Assembly: GCF_964204645.1 (NCBI RefSeq)
Contig: NC_134025.1
Location: forward strand, 2,542,001-2,606,000
Reading direction: 5' to 3'
Length of the DNA: 64,000 nucleotides
From: Tubulanus polymorphus
Lineage: Eukaryota > Animalia > Nemertea
The notes beneath the pieces are model-generated. The model saw only the letters and a list, made by a program, of their open reading frames with translations. It did no database searches and had not been told where the DNA came from. The position numbers and the translations under genes were made by a program. Shown piece by piece: positions 53,245 to 64,000 of this stretch; positions within the stretch are counted from its first letter, which is position 1; each line of letters starts with the position of its first letter.

Positions 53245-54445
53245 AAACACATTCCCTTTCTCTAGGTTTCATTCGATTAAAAATGAGAGATTTTTATTAC
53301 ACGTTTTTATTACATTTTATACAACTTCAAAATTAACGTACAGTGGAGTTATTCCATATAAGGCATCAATTACAATAGAAATTTTATTAAAAAGCAAACA
53401 TTTCCTCAAAAGTATCAATTTTACTAAATTATTACATTTACCAAATCATAAGAAATCGTTGAATCTAAATGACAGAGAGCTTGTTTCTTTGGTATCGTTA
53501 AATATTTCCGAAGATGATTTCCGTATATTTTTCGCTGTATCTTGTGACCAGTTGGAAGATGAATATAATAAGAGCAGAAATGACATGCAATGCACAGCTG
53601 TACATAACTAAACTAGTGAATGAAACCGTGTTCTTTTAATCAAAATAAATTACGCAAATTAAACTAATTCTTAAAGTCTATTAAATGAATTCCCTGTATG
53701 TAGAAAACTGATATTGATAATGGTTAGAATAAAATACATTTGACTATATTTGTTAGGGTGTAAATAACCAGTAGTCCCAGAGTTGTTGATTAAATGAACT
53801 AATCTTAACTCTACTTGATGCGCAACTGTGGGAACTGGGTCCAGATTTTAAAAGAAATCATAATAGTTATCTTAACAGTTTCTAACATAAAACATTTCAG
53901 TATTACAGTAATATCTGAGGTGTCACTATTGAAGCTTCTATATTTACATGTATTACAGCTCGTCAGCTCTACATATATTCACACATGATTATAAATTATA
54001 TTTTTTTCTGATATGAAACAAATTACATAAAGTCCATATATCATTTCCTAGACCAACTTCAGGTAGAGCAATCCTGTTTCTGAATACTAGTACTAAGCAC
54101 TGACTAGAAGAAATATTTCATAAAGTGTTATTACCTTCATTCAATTCACAACTGTTTTACAAAATGAAAATCCCTGAAACAATACACAAACTTCACGTAA
54201 ATTTTCAGTGAGATTCAGCATCAATTTGTAACAACTGAATAACTCAGGTCATGTACTGTTCAAAATCTACATACTTATTATGCATTACAGAAACGAAATT
54301 AACTGTGGATCATTACAAAACTATAAATGTATCGATGAATGAATTTACACCTAACTAACTTTATGATATATTCAACTCGAGGTAACGAAACAAAAATCAC
54401 GCCAATGCATTTAATAAAACGTACATCATCTTAGTGCAGGTGTTA

Positions 54446-54650
54446 ATCTACAGCCTGGATCCCACCCCCTTAATAACATTCCTTTCACTTTTTGATCATT
54501 TGAAGTTTGTGTGTTCACAACTTCACCGGAGAAATTCTAATTGAAAATGTAGACCATACTTTAGATATTCAATCAACGCGCATTCAATGAATATCTGAAG
54601 TTCACACTTAAATAGTGAATGTCACAATGGGGTGGGTCCTGGCTACAGAT
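54446..54650. mobile_element. MITE-like element in the probable cyclin Y 3' UTR
   Basis: ATCTACAGCCTGGATCCCACCCC ... GGGGTGGGTCCTGGCTACAGAT imperfect inverted ends; a similar left end at about 60487. Confidence 0.6.
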
Positions 54651-55127
54651 AAATATCTGTATCAAACATGATGTCGGGCTTTGGTAAATGACAATTAATA
54701 TAGTAATGATAGTTCACTTGTTAATTACAAATCACGTTATAATATCATACATCTACAAACATTGTAAAACATTGTGTGCATGATGATTATATAACGTACT
54801 ATGTGTATCGGGGCCAATATCAATTTAAACTTGATGAACTGGCAGGCACTGTAGTGTTGTAAATATAACAACACTATCTACAATATTTCTATAATAGATT
54901 ACACACATCTGGAGTATATGAAACACGCACGGTCCATTCTGTAAGGTTTCGGGGAAGTATTCTACACACGATCATCCCTTCAGCTGTGACGAAAATCTCA
55001 CTCTATCCAAAAACATGAATAGCACCAACTGAACTGGTACCGAACATGCGACGATATGAAGGTACATTTACACACACTGGCACAGCCATTTTACATTAAA
55101 CAAGCATTGCTACAGTTATCACAGCTA

Positions 55128-58100
55128 TCATGAGATAATTGCTTTTGTTGGTCTTGGATATGAAGTCAGTCCGTCGAGACTTTGTGATCTTTTTAATTCG
55201 ACGCGCATCGACTCGCGAAGTTTATCCTGAACTACACTCGACATTGCCTGCAAAAAACAACAACACACATGAAAATGATACAAGAACCCACAAGGGACTG
55301 CTGCAAAAAAATTTTGACCCCAGTACCCTACTATGTTAGATTACTATGTTAGATTTGTAAAAATCGGTTTTCAACACGATTTACAAAATATTGGTACTCA
55401 CCTCCAACTTTGAAGCTCGCTCTTTGCTGAGCGGTTCAAATGGAAAATTAAGTTCATGAGCATCAGCAAACGCTCGTAGATCGAAGTAATACTTGGCATA
55501 TACACTAGATGATACATTAATGTTAAACTGAAGTAGTTCAAGAAACTGTCGTTCGAGTTCATTCCTGTAATTCATAAAACATCATCATAATTCACATTTC
55601 TTCAATGGAAATGAACAGTACCGATAGAGTGGGATGTTACAACTTACATATCCTCAACAGATATATCTTTCAGAATTTGGCAGTAATCCACGTTCCATAC
55701 GGCTTGATCGTCCCAAACTTTAGAAGCTAACAGAATAGCACCCAAGACAATTCTTTTCCATGTGTAGGAACTTATTTCAATCTCAGCATATGTTAATAAT
55801 CGTTCGAGATAAACCTACAACCAGAAGTTTTAATATATAGATATAATACAAAAACTGATAATCATATCTAAACGCAAGCGATACATTAATATCGAATGGA
55901 TAATCACTTACCAAAGTAACAATAGCACATTCCGCAGTAAGCTGAGCTGCATTGAATAATGTCCGCACAAATCTATATATAGTTTTATGTTCGGGATCTC
56001 GCCTTAAATGTTCCTCAGAAACTGGTTCTTTCTAAAATGAGGGCAAATATTGAAGATATATTTATGGAGAATGCGGCGGACAAAAAACAATTATTGTGAA
56101 TGACTTCTATTCACTGACAGATAAGTGCAATCGTAACAGAAATTGCTCTGGGCAACTTCTGACATTTAACAACACCAATAGCAATAATACACAATAAAGA
56201 TAATATAGTTTTATATTGATTATTACTGTAACTTCAAGTATGAACAGGTCTTTCTGAAATCTAATCCGAGAACCTACTATGGACCGAAATACAGAATTTT
56301 TATCAATTCAAATTGAACATTAAATTTCTTCTTGAAGCTTCAATGTTTTTTCTGTGGATATTATTTCTACAGATGCCTAGTGGAATCTTCCTTAAAAGAC
56401 TGGGAGAACTGACTAATTCCCACCAGGGGCGGACTTGAGGGTGGTCTTAGGTGTTCTGGCCCCTGCCTTCCCATTGAGGTTGCCCTTTTTGTCAAGAGAG
56501 ATATTGTGTGAAAACACTCATCCACTTTAAAATTGCATCTTTTCGGGTGAATTTCTTCAAAAATATCTTAAACCAAGGGATGGACCTGATGGCCATTTAC
56601 ATGGTTACCATATCCTAGAAATACCCTTTATTTCTTTTCTGGACCCCAGCCTTCCAATTTGTCTAGCCCCTGCCCACATGTACTTTATGAACAGGCCCTT
56701 ATGACGTTTGGCTGTATTATAATTACAGGATAGCGATTCATTCATACGTACCGATAATGGATGTTTTCTTTCATCGAATATTTCAATATAACGAGTATCG
56801 TTCGGTCCATTCTTACGATCACGATTTCGTATATGGAAATAAACGGCTAAAGCAACGGCTTTAATTGTGTTCTTCAGGTTCGGTTGACTGACAGTTGAAT
56901 CATCTATGAATATCGTTGAACAAGAGCTATACTTTCTGTGCATCCCTGTATGACGATTCATCTACAAGAAAAAAAGACATTTTCAATATCGTTGTACAAA
57001 AACTGTCAGGGTCCCTGCAGATCGGTCATTCCTGGGTATAAGGAGTTCTCAATGAGTTTTAAAGGAGAACATTTCAAATGTCAGTGTCCGCATCACTTTC
57101 ATATCCCAATTACTGCAGAATCCTCCTAAATCGGTACTGTTTATCTCATTAAACGGTTAATTCAGATTTTGTAAGCATATTTCTATCCTAACACCTATAC
57201 CTATACTTGATCTTCAATTCTTAAAGGAGTTTTGGGCATTTTGCTCAAATTATCTATTAAGAATTTTAAGCACTTTTAAAAGCATTTTCTGTTTACAAGT
57301 CCCAGTTTTTAAGGAATCAAGGAGTCGTAGGGACACATTTTAACTATAGTCACTCAGTGGTCGAGGGAATGTAGAGGTTCTAGGCTTGGCAAACTTACAT
57401 GATTATCATATTGACTTCTTCTTCTTGATCTGTGATCTAAACATGACAACAAAATTTATAAGCAAAAGTATATGATATAGAGTATATATAAGCAAGTATA
57501 AACTTCAACACAATATGAGTGACACATGGTTTGATCAGATGCCAATGGATATACTGCTAGTCAAAATAGTGTACAATATTGTCACCCAACCTCAACATAA
57601 ACCTTAGCAGTCACATGCACATGAATACATGTACATGTACTTTTTTTATTTATAGGCCTATCTGAAAATTACACTGTTGTGATGTTAAAATTGACTTACT
57701 TCTTTGAATATCACTTTTCGATCGATTCAGAAAAAGTGTTCCCGTTTTTGGATGATTTGAAGGATCACCTTCTGAATCTGAATAATGATGAAAACAAAAG
57801 CAATTCACACAAAAATGCATAAAAATCATAAGCAATATTAAACCATTTTGGATATAACAGGTGCATGTCACAAGGTCCAAAGTCAAAGGCTTTTTAGAGT
57901 AATGTAGCCAGGTACTGCCGGACTAATTCCTGGGTAGAGCTCAGATTTTGGACCTACGTGACAAGCCTCTGAACCTTATATTTTTTTACCTTCAGGTTCT
58001 CTTTCGCTTATATGTTGGAGGTTTGATGAGCTAGCCCGCCTCACAACAGGTTCAGGTATCGGTAACTCAGACGGTTGATATTTTTCTTCTGGCAATTTTT

Positions 58101-58149
58101 TCCGATGACTGCCAGAAGTATAAAAGCAACATGAATGTTTGTTACCCAT
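55128..58149 (-). CDS. CCNY: Cyclin Y
   Basis: MGNKHSCC N-terminal acylation motif; [14 protein letters not shown]; [22 protein letters not shown]; [27 protein letters not shown]; [30 protein letters not shown]; [30 protein letters not shown]; ends [21 protein letters not shown]. Confidence 0.96.
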
Positions 58150-59764
58150 CTTCTTACGGAGTAATTGAAATAACGGCAACCAAATCGACAGATTGAAGAT
58201 ACAGGTCCGCTAGAGTTAAACAACCCCAGCCACTACCCTCTTCCTAACACAGCAGATCCAGGTAATTATGGACCGCAACTAATCGGTGCTGCTGAAAGAT
58301 TTTATTGCTGCAACAGTCAATAGCTCCAATTCGTATAAAATGAAATGTCAGACAGTTTTCAAAACAAACGGGAACATGTTAGCGAGCTGATAAAAATTTG
58401 GAGGGGTTTCCCCGAAATCAATCATTCGAACAGTCTCGAGTTCAATAGCACGCAATCCATTTTATCGTGCAGCCATCATCGAATAAAAAAGCCTTCGCTC
58501 AGGTGCAGTTCTTTAGAAGGTGAAGAAATTTGGGATTTGCCGACAATACCATTGAATATTCACAGTACTTGCAGTACTGCTCCTTGTAACGAAATCCTTA
58601 ATTGGCCAATCAAGTAATAAGAAATGGGAAACCCACAAACGAAACGACGGACGCGGGTGTGGCTCACAGTTTTATACTGCGATATCCGAAAATGCGAAAT
58701 TTTCGCTGGGTCTTGTGACACATTTGGTTTTAGAAAAATACATATGCAACAACAACATTGTCGAACTCTTAAGATTATGTAAGCAACAAAAAAATGCAAA
58801 ATAAAATAAAAAACGACCGGGCCCTAGTCCGAGCAAGAAGGACGCCTCCGGCTTGCACATTTCTAGGTCGGGGTTCCTAGGTCGTGTGGATGCGGAAATA
58901 AATTAATTATATTGAAATTATTCGAATATTTCAAATAAATCCACCTGTCGTCGTCATATAAATTGTGCGCCCTTGTTCTTTTCTGATAAATGTAATCTAA
59001 TACCGCGAGGTTTATATGTCCGATACGAAAATTCAAATATGTTAATAAGTTAGTAATAATGATTATGATAAACAGTTGACACGTCAGTTGAGAGCTCATT
59101 ATTTATGCGTTTATGATCACGTGATGCGGCTGGTTTAGTCCGGTTGAAACTGGTTCTCGTCACTACAGTGTTGGGTGTTGGTCGCTTTCGCGGAGATGGT
59201 GTTTCACAAAAAGATCCAGACAGTTACAGATAATGCAAATTACCTCAGGTAAATCGAATTGAATACAAGTCAAGTATTCCCGACTGCCGTGCGTGGTTAT
59301 AATAAGGCAAGCAATAATGAAAAAAGCAAATGAGGAGTGGGCTATTTCAGATTTAAAATGGCTGCCTTGCAATCTGAGTTGTCTGGTAGATCAATCACTG
59401 CGTGCTGTCTGTGTGCCGGTGCCGGCTGTCTGTGTGATATGTAACTGCCGTAAAGAAGGCCAAGGCCTCACTTTCTTCATATATTGTCTGATTTATTTAC
59501 AGAATGTATATTGGCTATATTTATGGTTGCTGTTCATTGAAGATAATCTGCACTGAACTGAATTGAACGAATATTGAGAAAGAGACCGTTTGATCATTAA
59601 CGGACTGAAGGTAGCTGCGATTTAACGTTCAAATTTACTGTCAATTAAGATACTCAAAACCTTCTGATCTGACATTGATTATTTATGATATTTTCTTCAT
59701 TTATTTTCAGATTCGCTCGATTAACCTGAAAGTTTAACCGTAGTTGTCTGGAATTTGTGAAAAA

Positions 59765-61340
59765 ATGACTATTTCCTATTCCCACAAAGTGTCGAAAGTT
59801 CGCCTGTGCGGGTTTTCCCGGTTGCTGCTCTACTGGCGCGGAAGCATTTATAAATTAATGTACAAAGAGATAATGATATTTGTGACATTGTACACTGCAC
59901 TAAGTGCGTTGTACCGATTTGGGCTCGAAAACGAGCATAAAAGGTAATTTGATTGTTCAGATTTAAGCCTCCTTGGGCCGGTTCCATAGTCAAGACTTAA
60001 GACCAAAAGTGGTCTTTGACCTTAAGACTGATCTTAAGTTGTTAGATTGGCTATAGAACTAAGTTTGTCTTAGTCTGGTCTTAAGTCTAAGCCCTGTCTA
60101 TGGAACTGGCCCCCTTGAGATTAATTTCATGTGCGACATATTTTCTTGGTTCTTTTAATTATATCGTAAAAGGTCAGGAGTATCGGGCAATTCGATGGAA
60201 CCCTGTATTTTACGTTGGTTTATGATATGTTTTCTCTTCTTTCAGAATATTTGAGAAAATAGTGATCTACTGTGAAGCCTTCACAAATTTAATTCCGTTG
60301 TCCTTCATTCTTGGATTCTATGTGTCCATAATTATTACACGTTGGTGGCAACAGTATCAGAATATTCCATGGCCTGATAGGTAAATATGATTCATAAATT
60401 GTCGAACCCAGTGTTGCACGGTCCTGACTTAAAAATCTATAAACTGGTCATTAATTGCTTACAACAAAAGTAGACTGGTGAGGTGAATCTACAGCCTGCA
60501 ACCTGAGTTTTCTTCAAACTCAAGTTCCAGGGAAGTTCTGCCTCCCCATACCTCCTACTAGTCCAAAAAGAAATCTAGAATTCTACCTCCCAACCCCCTC
60601 ATCTGAGAACAACTATGCTGGAAAGTTCCAGAAAAAAATCTATAATTCTACCTCCCCATCCCTCCTACTAGATCAGAACACTTCTGGAAAATTCCAGAAA
60701 GAGATCTAGAATTCTACCTCCCAACCCCTCATCTTAGAACAGTCTTAGAAAGTTCCAGAAAAAAATCTTCCAGAAAATTCTGTAATGTGTAATTTCTGTT
60801 CTTAACTGTGAAAATGTGTCTGGTGTTCAATTTAAAATGTTTTGGGTGCTGAACTGAACACATGTGAAGTGTAGATGAACAGTTTTTGAAAGTGGAGCTT
60901 ATGAAATGTCTTAATGTCTGGTGATTTCGAGATTATTTTCAATTTAGAAATAGTGAAGTATAAAAAAAAATTGAAAAAGTGTGATCAAATATCAACTGGG
61001 TGCATGGTCTGGGCTAGTTGATTATTTGATCGTTGGAACTTTTATAATCAGATGGGATCAACCACAGACAGGTTAGGTCTGGATTGCAGATTGATACAGC
61101 TGCACGAGCATTACCTGACCTCCGTTACAATGAAATAACCCATGATTAACCCGTGTTTAATTTATATCTACAGAGCTTCAACTTGTGTCGGTTCGCTGAT
61201 TCACGGAACTGACGATCGCGGGAGAATGATTCGACGAACTCTGATGCGATATCTGAATCTAGCGAGTGTGTTCATCTTTCAATCGATCAGTACACCGGTG
61301 AAGAAACGATTCCCGACCGACGACCACATCGTTCGTTCAG
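59765..61340 (+). CDS. Bestrophin Ca2+-activated anion channel, 5' partial (three coding exons; remaining exons not found in the window)
   Basis: Exons 59765-59943 ([24 protein letters not shown]), 60246-60380 ([23 protein letters not shown]), 61174-61340 ([18 protein letters not shown]). A non-coding exon donor lies near 59611. Confidence 0.95.
59975..60112. mobile_element. Short MITE with GGGCCGGTTCCATAG TIRs
   Basis: GGGCCGGTTCCATAG ... CTATGGAACTGGCCC, with CCTT on both flanks. The core TCTTAAGTTGTTAGATTGGCTATAGAAC is shared with about 6230-6257. Confidence 0.75.
60530..60780. repeat. Degenerate minisatellite, about 55-65 bp unit, 4 copies
   Basis: Recurrent (A)TTCT(A/G)CCTCCC..CCC..C and GAAAGTTCCAGAAA..ATCTA. 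Confidence 0.75.
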
Positions 61341-61520
61341 GTAATCTTATTATTTATTTAATATCTACGTACCCCCCTCTCTCTCTGATGGTATGATTGA
61401 GATGATGAGCCACTGAGTTGTTTGGGAGGCTGTTCATTTCAAATATACATATAAATGTATGTTTTCAATTATTTGAAAACTGGTTCAAATCAGTAGAAAT
61501 ATGTCGATATATATATTATT

Positions 61521-61643
61521 TTAACCCTTAGCCTTTCACTGTCGAAACAAAATTTATCTATTCCAATTTGAGAACAAAAAAATGCATCAAATTTCGTTTT
61601 GCCTTTGAATTCAGTTAATATTTCTCATTAGGCTCAGGGTTAA
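61521..61643. mobile_element. Short TTAA-flanked MITE
   Basis: TTAA-CCCTTAGCC ... GGCTCAGGG-TTAA. Confidence 0.55.
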
Positions 61644-64000
61644 AACTTTTACCATCAACGCAGTAGTATTATGTGCTTGATTGGTGTAGGACTGTTCTGT
61701 CCATGTAGAAAAAAAATCCATTTTCTTTGACTAAAAAAAAACCGTACGGTACATAAGCACAAAAAAATATCCTCTCTACAAATTCTTCTCTCTGAAAATT
61801 CTTAGGTAATGTGGATAGCCTGCTTTTAACGTTTGATTACAGAGACAATAACAAGGTGATTGTATTCATAAAGTCTGCCGGGTATTATTGTGTAATATTT
61901 GTTGTTGGTAACAACAGCACAGTGCCTGATCGAAGCTCAACCCGATTTCCCTGAAATCTGATGCAATATATGCGTCTACTATAGGGACGGGTGAATAATT
62001 GATCTATGTACCCCGATAATTAATATCGGGATACATCATGGAATCTATTGTTCTGGCTTCTATAGATTTTCTCTAATGACCCGTACCTCGTTACTGTCTC
62101 TGATGTGAAGCCAAATCCTGATGGGTTTTCATTAATTAGTCGAATTTGACTGAATGGTTTCTACGTTTTAAAACAGAACGTTAATTTCAAAAATATCACC
62201 GATTCACGTGAACGAGATGTAGTTCTAATATTTTTGAGAATTGTCGGTTTGTCGTTTAAGATCACCTCTGAAGTTGGATCAGTTGTTTATTCAGTGCAAT
62301 CTATGCTTCATTGTGAGCGAATATGTATAAAATATTCTCTGCTCGGTGCATGGTAAGGACACCATTGTGCAGTTAATATTTTTATTTACTTGTTGATTCG
62401 TATGGTAAAACTCACTTAATCTTCATCATATTTTATTCGTTGAAGTATATTGCGAAAGATTTTATCCAATTCCAAGATGATAGGATGAAAACCTGCTATA
62501 TTTATAAGATTAAAAGCGCGAAACACTTCGACAATTATCTCTGTAAAGAATCCAAAATGTTACGTCTTCACTTTTGATTTAATAGATCAGATTTTTTATA
62601 ATCTTTTAGATTTGTATATAAAGGGCTTTTATCTATTCTCCATTTTTCGGTGAACTGGCTGTTCTATGATAGTGTTAAATTCAGTATAAGTGAAGCAGGT
62701 TAAGTGGGTTCTACAGCAATAGAATCAAAAATTCATCGTGTTTTTAATGGGTAATCAGAAACCACAACCCATCAGGATATGTAATATATTTGAAATAATT
62801 CAGGATACGTGAAATTTACAATAATTATTTCTAATTTCTATTGATATTATCTTTGACGCATTTTCTCCATTGATACTTCATCTAATCTCAATACCCCTCA
62901 ACAACTGCTATTGACTCCCGAATATTATTTCTAATTATTTGAGTTAAGTTCGGTGCAAATATTATTCCAACCATTTCGGTATAGACCTTAATACCTATGA
63001 AATATTTCTATCCCAACAAGTATATTTCATCGAAAATATTAGCCTACGCATATATTATTATTATTATTATTATTATTAATATCCCGACATTTTTGAAGTA
63101 ATTTAGACGATCCAAATTCCAATATTAATTATTCATGAATTCACTGTTCCAAGTTTTTGTTCGTTGATTGCGTGTCATTTTGAATTTGCCATGAAATGAT
63201 GGTTTTATAAGTGTGTACTATTTCTCCCAGAGGTTCAATCCTGAAAACAACGTAAAAGTCTTCTATAATAAACCGGTTCTGACTCGGTAACGCTCTCTAC
63301 GTTTTCATCAAAAATAGCTAAGTTCCAGTCTATTATTGAAGGCATCAGGTTCGAATCTCTGCTAATGAGCCGAGGAGAAATAAATGACACTTATTCGCAG
63401 ATTGCTTTGGGTGAATTGTGTTCTTGAACGGGGCGTAGATTAATCGACATGAAAGGTTGCGTTTCGAAAAAACAACTCGGAAATCAGAAGTACAGAACTC
63501 CGCCTTACTTGGTTGTATAAGATGATAACAAAATCGACTGGGTTTTGAATTTGCGAGATTCATATCGAGGGTAGGGGATATTTTGACTGAGACAAGCAGA
63601 AAGGCTTGATGGAGACCGAGTAGGCAGAGGAATCTTTACTGAATATTTCGCATTTGTGTAGTAAGCAATTTCAATTAAAATCAAACTAGACATACCGGTA
63701 GTAGAATTGAGGAAGGACATAATTCGCCTTTTTTGGGTTTGCTGATTTTTAAAAAAGCTGGCTATTCACGTGAAAAAAAATAAAGGACAGAACAGTCTTA
63801 TTGGGGGTTAATGATGGGTAGTGTGGGGAGGGTGTGAGAGGTGTGTGACTGGTGCGTGAATGAAGCCCCCTCTAATCAGATTCTATTTCAGAGAACTCGC
63901 GCTAGGTGGGCCCCTTATAGGTGGCCGGGACACCTATCTATCATGGATCATATTCTATTTTTAGTAAAAGACAAAGCAAAATGAAAGTACCGGTACGCCG

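Noticed and set aside
61341-64000. Further bestrophin exons or a separate gene (ORFs 63345-63720)
   Set aside because: No bestrophin-like continuation or recognisable motif; treated as intron.

Overview
This is AT-rich, gene-dense eukaryotic DNA with short GT-AG introns. It comes from an invertebrate animal, probably a spiralian (inference from gene content and repeat types). It is not prokaryotic, so most ORF-track entries are exon fragments or noise. Spliced genes reconstructed by hand, in order: last exon of GLRX5 (+); a four-SPRY-domain SPRYD3-like protein ending in a CaaX box (+); a LicD/fukutin-family transferase (+); a BMPER/crossveinless-2-like protein (+); RAB3GAP1 (-); RAD51 (-); a GPR158/179-like class C GPCR (+); a divergent calmodulin-like gene (-); NPC2 (-); cyclin Y (-); and the first three coding exons of a bestrophin (+). 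Introns carry many MITE-like and foldback elements. The most notable observations are: (1) a palindromic Penelope-type relic carrying two opposed minimal hammerhead ribozyme cores, plus a third copy split by a 416-bp foldback MITE; (2) a 126-bp tandem duplication of a RAD51 exon that creates a potential poison acceptor, with only CpG-type substitutions in its exonic part; (3) a BMPER-like protein lacking the GDPH autocleavage motif; (4) an ATG apparently assembled by splicing in the LicD gene; (5) two alternative signal-peptide exons for the GPCR; (6) a cassette microexon in RAB3GAP1. All exon boundaries were read by eye and have no transcript support.
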